The notes beneath the pieces were generated by a model. That model was given only the letters and a program-made list of their open reading frames with translations. It was not told the DNA's origin and searched no databases. Both the position numbers and the translations under genes were made by a program. Below are positions 38,130-51,129 of a DNA stretch of 64,000 nt, one piece after another; position 1 is the first letter of the stretch; each line of letters starts with the position of its first letter. This DNA is from Fonticula-like sp. SCN 57-25 (lineage: Eukaryota), in contig MEDX01000002.1 in assembly GCA_001724245.1 (NCBI GenBank), forward strand, positions 1 through 64,000, written 5' to 3'.

Positions 38130-38759
38130 ATGTCGCTGGCGGGGATCAGCGCGCAGCTTGCGCAGCGCCTGCGGCTTGCGTCGCCGGCAAAGCTACCCAA
38201 GATCCTTCTGGCAGGCGAGCCCATGCTGCTCCAGCGCTGCGCACCTGTTGATGCGGCGTTTCACGCTTCGGACGAGTTTGAGAACCTCGTCCGCTCGATG
38301 AAGGCCGTCATGGACGATGGCGACAATGCGATGGGCATTGCGGCGCCGCAGGTCGGCACGGCGGTCCAGGTGATCGCGATCCAGTACAAGGACGCGTGGC
38401 GCGTCGAGGGCGAGGCGGCGTCGGCGCTTCCGCTCACCTTCCTCGTCAACCCCACGTGGCGCGCGACATCCAAGCTCATCTCGCACGAGTTTGAGGGATG
38501 CCTCTCGATCCCCGGCGTGACGGCCGTCGTGCCGCGCTCGGTCGACATCGCCGTCGAGGCGCTGGACCTGGACATGAAGCCGATCAAGCTGCTTTTGCAG
38601 GGCTGGCCGGCGCGCGTCCTCCAGCACGAGGCCGACCACCTCGAGGGGCGCCTCTACGTCGAGCGCATGCTCCCGCGCTCGTTCCGGTTCACGTCCAACG
38701 CGCATCACCCGCTCCCGGACGACCTTTTTGCGCGCAAGCCGCGCCCGGGACGCGCCTAA
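38130..38759 (+). CDS. PDF: Peptide deformylase, probably mitochondrial, intronless
   Basis: GIAAPQVG, EGCLS and QHEADHLEG motifs. Confidence 0.95.
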   Translation: MSLAGISAQLAQRLRLASPAKLPKILLAGEPMLLQRCAPVDAAFHASDEFENLVRSMKAVMDDGDNAMGIAAPQVGTAVQVIAIQYKDAWRVEGEAASALPLTFLVNPTWRATSKLISHEFEGCLSIPGVTAVVPRSVDIAVEALDLDMKPIKLLLQGWPARVLQHEADHLEGRLYVERMLPRSFRFTSNAHHPLPDDLFARKPRPGRA

Positions 38760-38906
38760 ACATACCTTTTTGTGAATGATTCGTGTACACTAGCAAAATA
38801 AACTATTTGAAACACATGTATATTTCGGATCGGATGCTGGTGTGAACACTGGCATTGACCGACCACAAACCATAAAAAATCACTCATTTGTCGCCGACCG
38901 CCTGCC

Positions 38907-40198
<1,292 letters not shown>

Positions 40199-40405
40199 TC
40201 TTGTTGACGGACCAACTGCTGACAGCGCACAATGTCGGTTTTGGTCGGTTTAGTAGGTCTCGGTCGGTTTGGGTCTGGCTCAAGTCGGGTAGGGTTGGTT
40301 TCACTCTACAGATTGGACGGTTGATTCGCAGTGAATTCCTAAGTAATCTTTCAAGAGTAAAGGAAGCGACGAAGCGTGATTCCCGCTTTCGCCTGCGCCG
40401 CCACG

Positions 40406-40841
40406 ATGCCTCGCCTCCAGCTGCTCGGCCGCGTGATCGGGACGGCTATGCAAAAGACCGCCAAGGTGCAAGTGGACCGCTACGCCATGCACCCTCTCTA
40501 CAAAAAGGTGCGTTTTCGCTGTTTATTTCATTATTGCCGCGGCAATGCTGCGCACTTTTTCCCTTGATTTCTAACCGGCCGCGACCAGATCGTCCGCCAC
40601 ACAAAAAACTACCTGGCGCACGACCCTGAGAGCAAATGCCTCGTGGGCGACGTCGTCAAGATTGAAGAGTTGTCGCAGAAGGTCAGCAAGCGGAAAGGTA
40701 CGTCTTTTTTTCTTTTCTCTTCTTTTCATGAGTCGTTCCCTAACGGCCCATGCAGCTTTCCAGGTGATTGAGATCGTCAAGCCAGTACCCAAGTACGTCG
40801 ATGCCACCACCAATAAGATGTACACGCCATACAGCATGTAG
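40406..40841 (+). CDS. MRPS17: Mitochondrial ribosomal protein uS17m, 2 introns
   Basis: GRVIGTAMQKTAKVQV, KKYLAHDPESKCLVGDVVKIEE..SKRK. Confidence 0.88.
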
Positions 40842-41123
40842 AGCGGGGGGGCGTGTAGCCGCTTGCTTGTGCTTTCCTTATTACTTTGATAATTTGTCGC
40901 CGCCATGGGTGCGGGGGCGGAGGCCGGGGGTCGCTTTTCCCCATAAACAACAATTTGTATCATACTGCGTTGAATGAAGGTTAAACTATATACGTTATTG
41001 ACGCTTTTTGTGGCCATGTGTACTGTTGGCGCGTCCTTTTTTCAACTATTTATTATCCAATTGCGGTTTATATTATATAACTGTGGCAATTATGGCGTGA
41101 ACCAGATGGCATCATTGGCGAGA

Positions 41124-42089
41124 TCACTTGCTCTTGCTGTTCTCGTCGCCCTCGTGCTGCAGCGTACGCTGAAAGGAAAAAAGTGAGTGGCGCGCCACGA
41201 AAACAAGCGCGCGAACGCACCTTGAGCGTCGTGATCTCAGCATCGCGCTTGCGGATCTCGGCCAGCGCCTCATCGTGGGCGCGCTTGGTGTTGGCGGCCT
41301 GCTGCTTGAGCGTGTCGATCTCGGTCTGGAGAAGCGCGCGCGCAGACTCTGACTCTTGGAGCTGCACGAGGGCGTTAGACAAAAGAGAAAGAAAAAGGGA
41401 AGGGAGGCGGACCTGGGCCTGGATCTCGGCCGCCTCGACGGGGGTCGCGCGGTTCCTGAGGCTATTATTGAAAAAATATGTTAGAAAAACACGGTAAATT
41501 ACAATAAAACTCAAGAAAATTCAATGAAAAGGACATTAAAAGACAAAAGATGCAAAAAAAACGTACCTCATTTCGGTGACGGCATGTGCGGTAAAGTGGG
41601 CAAGGAGGCGGTAAAGAACGCTAAGAAATTGTGAGCGACATTGCGTGCGCATCCCGCGTATCGTACAAGGCAAGGAAGAGACCAAAGCCGGTGAGGTACA
41701 CGTTGCGCTCGGCGTAGAAAAGGTTCGAGTACGGGTTGTACGCGCTCATGACGGCGACGGCGCCGGTGGCATTCGCCGCCTTGATCTTTGCCGTCTCCTT
41801 GTACGTCCTGTTGATGGCATCTAGTTCACCGCACGGTAAGCAAATGTATAATAACAGCTTATATTACAGGCTTTAAAAAAAAGAAGGAAAGAAGCGCACC
41901 CATGAACAAGAGGCCGATCAGGCCGAGGAGCACGACGATGCCCGTCGTTACGTACGCCGACACCTCGACGCGGCCGAGGCGGGCGAGGATGCGGTGGCGC
42001 AACGCACCGGGAAGCGGGACGACAAGGAAGAGGATGCCAAAGACCTCAATTCCGAGCACAATAAACGCGAGGTTATACATGAGCGACAT
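41124..42089 (-). CDS. BCAP31: BAP29/BAP31-family ER protein, about 5 introns
   Basis: MSLMYNLAF..LGIE...VVPLP, LFYAERNVYLTGFGLFL, three TM plus coiled coil. Confidence 0.88.
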
Positions 42090-42581
42090 GGCGGCGAGGC
42101 GGCGATCCCAGGCGGCCGACCGTGACGTAGTGCAGGAGAAACGCACTTTGAATCCCCACACAGCCCCAGAGTCCGGGGTTGATTACGATTGTTTGGGGTG
42201 GATTCCATGGCAGACTTTGGACGGTTGATTGACTTCCACGTCAGATATAATCGAAAGGAAAAAAGAAGCTATTATGGACTTTTTAATAGTAAAAAACGAA
42301 AGAAACGCATAGTATTTATACTATAGTACGTAATTAATATAATATTATATGAAATTCGGAAGTGTTTTATTGTGTTGCAAGGCACACTCCTGCCCCGCAG
42401 CCAGCATGGGAAAGGACACTCATTGCAAAAGATAAGATAAAGTAAATAAAGAATAGAATAAAAAGAGATATCACGTAAGCGATCGTATTAGACAGACGCA
42501 AATAAGAAAAAAAGACAAGAAAAAATCATATTGGACAGTATCAAAGCACTTCAAACGAGCATGAAAAGCCGACGTGTGCGC

Positions 42582-44949
42582 CTAGTACGCCTCGGCGGCG
42601 GTCGCGATGGCGATCACCGCGGCAAATGCAACGACAAGAAGTGAAGCGCCGACGGCGTGCGCGCTGCCCGCCTCGAGGCCGGCGTCATTGCCGGGGCTCG
42701 GGTCGAACGGGTTCGCATACAAGTGCACACCGGCCCAGTTGGCCATCTGTGAAAGTGAGGTAAAAGGAAAGTGAAAGGAAAGTGAAAGTAAAAGTAAAAT
42801 AAAGTAAAATAAAGCAAGAAAAGTAATATAAAGATAAGTAAACATATGTAAAAGATATGTAAAAGTAATGTAAAACAACGCAAAAGAAAAGAAAAGCATG
42901 TGTCAGCAAAGCACTTGCACTTCACCCATTCGTACGTTGAGCTTTCCCGCCGAAATATCCGACTTTAAAAAGTCCGTATCATAAGGCTTGAATGCCAACC
43001 GAAGCAGCTCAACGTCCTTGACGAGCGACGCAAACAGCGGCGTGTTGCGCGTGTCGCCCGCATTCGCCGAAAAGTAGTACTGATTGCCATTCAGCTCAAT
43101 CGGCACAACAGAAGACGGCTGTGATTGGTCAGTAAAAGTCAGTAAATATTTTTCAACCAATCAAAATGCGGCATTCCGTACCTGGACCAGGGACGAGATG
43201 GGCCAAAAGTTGGGAAAGATGCCGCCATCATCCTGCGAAAGATCGCGCGGATCGTTGAGCGGGTAGCCGTGCCAGTGCGTTCCGAACGACCCCGTGGCCG
43301 TGATGGCGCGCGCCTCGATGTCGAGTGCGAGGAATGCGTTCTGTGTCGGGAGCAGCACGTGGACGATGTTGCTCGATGTGTTGGAGCTAAAGATGATGCG
43401 CGTCGGCTCGAGCTCGGTGCCAGTGTCCTTGGTGTCGTAGAGGGCAATGCCAATGTCGAGGAAGATGTTGTCCATGGAGACGATTTCGACGTCGGCATCG
43501 ACGAGGACTTGTGCGACGGGGTAGAACAGGCCATTGTTGGTCAGCTGGATGATGGCCACAGAGCCCTATTGAAATTGTTAGAAGCAGGAAATTGGCCGGA
43601 AAAAAAGTGCATCAAAAACAGCCAAAAATCACACGCAATGTCTCAAAATTACCAGAAAATTACCAGAAAATGACACAATATGACACAAAATGCAGCAACA
43701 TTACCACAAATGCAACCATTCTACCACAAAAACTACCCAAAAACTACCAAATTTTCTCCGTACCGGCGGGTCGATGCTGTTTGTCGCGTTGGCAACATCA
43801 TAATAAGCGCGCCCAGAATTGCACACGACAAGGAAACGGCGATCAGCAGTAAAGTCGACCGACGTCGGCCCCGCCCCCACCGTCAAAATCCGGAACACAG
43901 TCAACGTCGGCAAGTGCACAAACACAAGCTTACCGCGCGCCACCCCCTGCTCCGCACACGTGGCCTCAAGCGACGTATTGCACGGCGTCACGGCCACCAC
44001 AAGCACCTCATCGAGCGACGAAACCGCCGACGGCCACCCGCCGAGCGCCGCCGTGTCAATCGAAGCATTGACAACAGTCGTCCCCGAGCGCACAACGTGA
44101 ACTTTTTGCTCAATGCCAGAGGCGAAAAAGAGGTCGCCGGTGGCCACGTGGCGGTGCACGGCGTGGAAGCCCGGCACGCCGACGACGAGCGGCGCAAAGC
44201 GGATGGTGCTGGCGAGCGAGGGGGTCTCGATGGCGCCGTCGATGCGGCCGGCGGGGGTGAGGGCGGCGGCGCCGTTCGAGATCGCGACAGAGTAAAAGAC
44301 GGCGGTCGAGCTCAGCGAAAAGGACGCAATGAGCGTGCCGGTCGCGGAAGAGTTGTCGGAAGAGGGGACAAAGAAGAGGTCGACGAGGCCGTAGTCGCCG
44401 ACGGCGGCTTTGGTGAAGCTGCTGAATTGGGGGGCGAGCGTGCCGTCGATCGTGTACGCCTGGGGAAAAAGTGAGAAAAAGAGCGTTAAAAACAGGGTTA
44501 ACCAGCAAAAAATGGCACAAAAAAGTGTCTCGTACGATGATGGCGCTGATGGTGCGCAGGCCGACAAAGAGAAAAGTGGATTCGCCGATGACGGCGGTGG
44601 CGAGCGCGTAGGGCTGCGGCCCGTAGAGGAGGCTTGTGGAATCGAATCCGCCGGCGAGCAGCTCATCCTGCACTTCCTGCGGGAGCGACGAGCCGTTGAG
44701 CAGCTGCTGGATCTCGCTGAGCGTGTAGCCCTGGCTGTTGTAGTAGCTCGCGGCGTGCGTCGCGACGAGCGTCGAGATGTCGTTGGCGCTGTCCCATACT
44801 TCGGTCTTGAGATCGCCGCTCCAGAGGGAGACGGAGCGCGCGCCGTAAAAGTAGAGCGCGTCGTACGTCGTGTCGTTGTTTGACTGCGCGAGGGAAGCCG
44901 ACGCGAGCGCGGCGAGCAAAAGCGCCGCTAGGATGCCGCCGGGCCGCAT
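42582..44949 (-). CDS. Secreted or GPI-anchored choice-of-anchor I / MSP130-like beta-propeller protein, circularly permuted, about 4 introns
   Basis: YDALYFYGARSVSLW, VWDS, LTVGAGPTSVDFT, IDPPGSVAII, LEP, NFWPI..QP, ANAGDTR, GKLN motifs; signal peptide and hydrophobic C-terminus. Confidence 0.75.
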
Positions 44950-45275
44950 GGCGCGAAGCTGTGGGAGCAGATCGGGATGCAGGATGGGCAAGGCGGAAGC
45001 GACGCTCAAAACAGATGAGCGCATCAGGAGTGGCCACGGGTAAGGCAGCGAGGGGCGAAGGTCTCACCCTCCGCGAGGAGGCGCCGCTTTCATCAAGGCT
45101 ATCCAAAGACACTCCTGACCATCACGCGCGAGGAGGCGAACCGATAGGGGAAAGACACGTATGATGAGTCAGCGTTTGATCTTTTTCCCGCGCGTTTTTG
45201 CGACATTTTTGGCATTTTTGATCTTGTATTGTACACATCATCGTCATCAAAACAGAAATGGAAAGCAGGCTGAGC

Positions 45276-47905
45276 TTACGCGCTGCTTGCCTCGGCAGCC
45301 TTGGCAGCCTTGGCAGCCTTTTCCGCGGCCTTGGCGGCCTTTGCGGCGGCCGCCTCGGCCTTTTTGATCGCATCAGCAGCCTTTTTCGCCGCATCGGCCT
45401 CCTTCTTGAGCTGCCTCTCGATCTCGCGCTGCACAAAAAATAACAACAAAAATAACGCAAATGGTCAGTTTTTATCGTAAATATAATAATTTTCGCACGT
45501 CGATCTTTTCCTGCCTTTCGCGGATGAGCGTCTCGCGGCTATCGAGCTTGATCAGCGCCTTTTGACCCTTGGGGCGATCCTCGAGGCGAACGCCAAGCTC
45601 GACAAGCTCAACGTCGCGGAAACGGTCGCACAGCGCAAAGATGTCGTTCGCCTCCTTTTTGTCGCGCAGCATCGCGCGCACTTCGTCGCGGAAAGCGGCC
45701 AAAGCTTCGAGGAAAGGCAAAACCTTTTCTTCCAACTGGCGGGAAATGTGTCAGCAAATGGATCTGATTGGTTGAAATTGCGTACATTGGCGCCGCCGAG
45801 GCTCGATGCCGATCCAAAGCCAATGTCGTCCGATCCCGACTCGACAACGCCGAAAATCTATAAAAAACGGCATTTCAGCACACAAAAAAAGGTGTTTCAT
45901 TGTCGTACGCGAAGCATGCGCGTGATGTAGCGCGCGATCTTGGCGAGCACCGCCGTGCACGGCCGATCCGTGTGCGACATGACGTACACGTTGGACATCC
46001 TCACCATCTCGAGCAGCAGCTGCAGCGCCGTGCGCGTATCAATAGAGTCGCACATTGCCTCGTGAACGCGCTGCTGCGCATCCAAAAATCCCTGCAAAAG
46101 CGCGCGCTCATCTGCCGCGTAGTTGTGCCCGCCGACCGCAATGTCGTTCTTGTGCTCGCGGAGCAGCGCCTGCAGACCCGAAAAGTAGTTTTTAAAGGTC
46201 GTCTCAACGCCAATAGCCTGTTCCATAGACTCTTTCTTATAGTCAAGAATCGCCGCCCAGTCGTGCATGAGGAACAAGATGCGAATCTGGCGCGCCGTAT
46301 ACTTTTCCAGCGCCTCGCGGATCGACACAAAGTTCTTGAGCGACTTTGACATCTTTTGGCCCTCAATATGAAGATGGCCAGCGTGCAAAAAGTAGTTCAC
46401 CCATTGGTCGTTGCAGTGGAACGCTTCTGATTGGGCGAGCTCGTTGTCATGGTGAGGGAAGGAAAGGTCGATGCCGCCGCCGTGGATGTCGAGCGTGCCG
46501 CCGAGAACGTCGCTCGCCATCGCAGAGCACTCAATGTGCCAGCCAGGGCGGCCCTGCAGTGCACAGTCAGCGCTAAAATAACTTCAAATAGCAGCAAAAG
46601 TTTAAAAATAGCAACAAAAACGGACCTTGCTCCACGGCGAGTCCCACTCTGGCTCGCCCGGCTTGGACGCCTTCCACAGCGCAAAGTCGGCCGGGTCGCG
46701 CTTTTCGCCGCCGGCAAGACTGATTGAGCCTTCGCCTTCCTCGATGAGCTGCACGTTGAACGCCGATTTGGGCTCGAGCTTGGCGTAGTGGTGGTGCGCG
46801 TCGCCGTCAAACTTGCGCGTGTCAAAGTAGACCGACCCGCCGCTCTCGTAGGCAAAGCCCTCGTCGAGGATCTTTTGGGTAAAGTCGACGATGTTCGGGA
46901 CGTACTCGGTGACGCGCGTCAGAATGTCGGGGCGGCGAACGCCGAGCGCGGTCATGTCTTCCATGTACTTTTCTTCCCAGTACATGGTCAGCTTGCGCGA
47001 GATCTCGTGATCCGTCACCGTCGCGCCCTTCTGTGGTCACGTGTAAGAGCAAGATCATCTGAAAAGCATCCGTACCTGCTTGTCGAGATGGGCAGCGAGA
47101 ATGTCGCGCGCGGCCTCGTAGACAATGACGCTCTCGGCCAATGGGAGAGCGCCGTTCGCGAGCAGGGCACGTGCGTTCTTCAGGGCGGCCGAAAGTGCCT
47201 CGGCCGTGTCAAAGTTCATCTTGAGCTTGGCATCGGTCTTGAGGCGATCAGCAAAGGCGGGCGTGGCCACGTGGGAGGCGTAGTCGGTGCCCTTGGGGAC
47301 GCCGAGGCGCGCCTCGACAAAGGCGGTCCAGAGGGACTCGAGCTCGCTCGCGATCTCGGCGGTGACCTGGGGGTTGGCGGCGACGTGCGCGTCAAACAGG
47401 TAGTTTTGGCGAGCGCGGACAATGATCTGCGCAAAATTAGACCAAAGAAAAGAGGAAAAGAAAAAGCGCACCTTGTCGTCAATGTCGGTGATGTTCATCT
47501 GGTAGAGAACGTCATAGTTAAAGTACTCTTCCATCACGCGGCGCAGAATGTCAAAGGTGATGTAGGCACTAGAAGCAAGAGTCAGGACCAGGGATCGATA
47601 GCGATGCTGCGTACCGCGCATGGCCCATGTGAGACGCGTCATAGACGGTCGGGCCGCACACATACCACAGAACGCGGCGGCCGTTCTGGGGAACAAAGTC
47701 GACCTAATGTCGGGATTGTGAGCCAGGTAAGATCAAAGAAAAAAAAGGACGCACCTTGGACTGGGTGAGGCTGTTGAGCAGCTTGAGGCCCGTGGGAGCG
47801 GCGCCAGACGGAGTGGGCTATGGTAGTCATGTTAACAACCGTTTGGCACGTAAAGAGCAAGCGTACCTGAACCCAGCCGGCCCTTTTGCGAGGCTGCGCC
47901 GACAT
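45276..47905 (-). CDS. CARS: Cytoplasmic cysteinyl-tRNA synthetase, about 9 introns
   Basis: [65 protein letters not shown]. Confidence 0.97.
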
Positions 47906-48394
47906 CGGTGGCGTGCTTGGAGTGCAAGTCGACGCAATGAAAGTGTCGGTTTAAAACTCACTCGTGATTTTTGTTGAAACGCTTCAACGATGGTGACCGT
48001 TGCGTAATAGTATATAATAGGTACAAAGTATAGAGTGTTGCGTGCGCATGCGCATAGTATATTACGTTTACTATTATAGTGCAGCATACTTTTATGCTTA
48101 CTTTCCACAGAAAGCGCACTATTCGACTACGTCGCTACTTTGACTGATTTTCGCTGATTTCTCTGATCGAATCATAAGTCGGTTTCAGACTGACTTTCGT
48201 TACTTTTTCGTGACCCGTGTGCCCGGTACGTCGTCGATGGCCGAGATGGACAAAGGGATCAAATTGGCGTGTAAGACTGTACTAAAGTGCAGTGTTCTTG
48301 TCGAGCTTTGACGTCGTTTTACCTTTCTTTTTTTCTGTTTTTATTGGCGCAATTCTGACGTTTTATTCGGTTAGGATTTCCCTCGGAACTCGAC

Positions 48395-48727
48395 ATGTCT
48401 GGCCAGAACGGTGGTCTCGTGAACAGCGTGAGCCGCGTCGCTTACTTTGGCTTCCTCCGCCGCAACTCGGTACGCTTTAAACACCATTTTTAACACGCCT
48501 TTTCTTTGCCTTTGGCTGACGCTTTACGCAAAGGTGTTCGTTACCGGCATCCTTGTTGGCGCCTTTGCCTTTGAGATTGGCTTCGACAAGGTCACCAAGA
48601 ACTACTTCCAGAGCCTCAACACTGGCGTACGTACCGCATATTTCCCTTAGTTTTTTTGTTCTAACGTGGCTTTTTTGCGGTTCTGCAGAAGTCGTTTGAG
48701 GAGATTTACCCCAAGTTTGTCCAGTAA
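48395..48727 (+). CDS. QCR9: Cytochrome bc1 complex subunit 9; 2 coding introns plus probable 5'UTR intron 48226-48374
   Basis: FLRRNSVFVTGILVGAFAFEIGFD......NTGKSFEEI. Confidence 0.88.
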
Positions 48728-49187
48728 GCGCGAATGTGCTGTCTGTTATAATAAATCATTCTGAACTTATGGCTCCTTTTCCTTTGCTTCCTTTGCTTAT
48801 TTAACGACGAAAGGATGTTTTTATGTGTATGTTGGCCTGTTATTTTCCATTTTTGAATGGGAAGTGGGCCACAGACATGCAGGATCCACCTATCACATGC
48901 ACGTACAAGAGGCCTTTCAACCAAAAAGCATAGTTATTTTCCCTATTTTTTCATATTCTATTACAATAAGCCACTCTTTTGGTCCTCTTTACACCTCTTT
49001 TACTATCAATTATGCGCTCCAATTCGCCCTTTTGCCTCAATTATCTCGTCATTTCCTATCGTTTCTTGACCATTGTCAGCCAATCTTAATCACTGATTAA
49101 CAGTCAAAACATCCAGAAAGATCTTTTGCTTGTTTGGCGGGCTTTTCAGAGTGCGTGCGGGGCGGGCGCCGCGGGCAGATTACCGCG

Positions 49188-50502
49188 ATGAATCCCCAGC
49201 GCGCGCCTCCCTACTCTAGCGAAGCAGAGTCCGGGGCGATTGACAGCTCTTCCGACGAGGACGACAGTCTCGGCGCGTCGTCGTCGTCGTCATCGTCAGG
49301 CAGCGGCGGCCGGCATCGGGATGCCGCGGGGTTGCCTGGCGGAGATGTCGGCTTTCCCGGCAGCGGCAAAGGTGCGCCACGCCGCTCTTTCCTAGTGTCA
49401 TTCTAACACTTTTCACAGTGGCCGCGTTTATAGCAAAGCTCTACATGATGGTGGACGATGAAAAGTACCAGTCGCTTATCCACTGGAACAGCACGAGCGG
49501 ATTCGTGGTTGTGAATCCCGACGAGTTTGCGCATCACGTCCTTCCGCAGTACTTTAAGCACAACAATTTTGCCTCATTTGTTCGGCAGCTCAACATGTAC
49601 GGCTTTCACAAAGTCAAGGACTTTGGCGTCGGCGGCGGCGACGCGGCATCCTCCTCGGCATCGGCATCGTCATCGCCGAATGATCCGAGCTGGGAATTTT
49701 CTCACGCCATGTTCCGCCGCGGCAAGAAGCATCAGCTGCACGACATCAAGCGCAAGGTACCAGCGCGCTCCTTTGCCTCAATCAAGGTCGATGCCGAGCA
49801 GCAGGAAGGCATGCACGCCATGAGCGGCCGCGTCGGATCCCTCGAGGACCGGCACAAGTACCTCAATGACAGCACGCAATCGCTCTATGATGAGCTGATC
49901 GCGTGCAAGCAGCAGCTCTATGTGCAGCAGCAGGCGCTTCAGCAGGTCGTCGGCTTTCTTCAATCGGCATTCGGTGATGGTACGTGATCATCTTGGCGGA
50001 TGTCTGGCATGAGTAGATGACTGTGTCATTGTTGTCATTGAAAGTTGCTTGGTATCATTGGTATCATTGATATCATTGATATTTGTTATAGTTTATTGGT
50101 ACTTTTGTGGTGTTATTGGTGTTTTTAGTAGTACTTTTAGTGTTACTTTCCAATATTTTCTTTGGTATTTGTATTGATACATTGATAATAATTCTTATTG
50201 GTACATGTACTTTGATACTCTTTTGCTTGTACTTGTACCTTCATCCCTGCCTTCTCATTGGCCATTCCTTCAATTTCCTCCTTATTTCTCCCATTTTCTG
50301 ACCAATCGCAGGCGACCGCCCTTCCAAACGCCCCCGCTTCTCCCTCGACCCCGACATTGACAACGATCTCCGCCGCGCCACTCCCAAACCCGACGCCACT
50401 CTCGAGCTCGACGCGGCACTCGTCGCCAGCCTCCTGCTGCCACGTGGCGCAGCTCAGTATTCGCCGCCGACGCCGCCCCAGGGGCCACCAAAGAAAATGT
50501 GA
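49188..50502 (+). CDS. Heat-shock-factor (HSF)-type transcription factor, 2 introns
   Basis: AFIAKLY.MV, LPQYFKHNNFASFVRQLNMYGFHKV, WEFSH..F.RG; coiled coil. Confidence 0.93.
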
Positions 50503-50879
50503 GGAGCAAAGTGACCACAGTTTCATATTCAGTTTGGATCCAGTGGTGGGCGGATGTGCTGCCGGCCACCGTGTGTGCCTTTTGCCGATTTGGTAATGGG
50601 TGTTTATTGGAATGTTTGGACGCCCGACTCGATTCGCTGTGTCGGGTGATTAATATAATGCGAACATAAGTGAATTTAAAGGGTAAGGGCATAGGATCAG
50701 TGCACAGAATAGAGGAAAAGTTTACTTTATATGACACCAATGATACTCAAGAGTGCACTGTATCAGTACTCATATTCAAGAGTGTATGGAATACTGTATG
50801 AAATACGGATCAATATTGATAATCAAGTGTGATTTGTGTCAGTACTGTTCACTGATACATGTGTGTCACACCAGTACAT

Positions 50880-51070
50880 ACTCATCCTCTATCTGATAGC
50901 CGATACCCTCTCTGATAATTTATCTGATACTCTATCTGATACCCTATCTAATATCCATACTGATAATTTATCTGATACTCTATCTGTACCAATATCAGTA
51001 CTGATAATTTATCTGATACTCTATCTGATATCCAATTCCCTATCTAATACCAATTCTATTCCCAATTCAC
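50880..51070. repeat. Convergent intergenic island (TATCTGATA)
   Basis: Visible degenerate tandem words. Confidence 0.85.
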
Positions 51071-51129
51071 TCCATTACCATTCTTCTTTGCTACGCAATT
51101 GTATTGACTCTTCAATAGAAACCATTTTC

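Noticed and set aside
45276-45430. Short Ala/Lys-rich CysRS C-terminus as a truncation or pseudogene
   Set aside because: Catalytic and anticodon-binding motifs are intact and the ORF ends cleanly; the C-terminal extension is variable in this family
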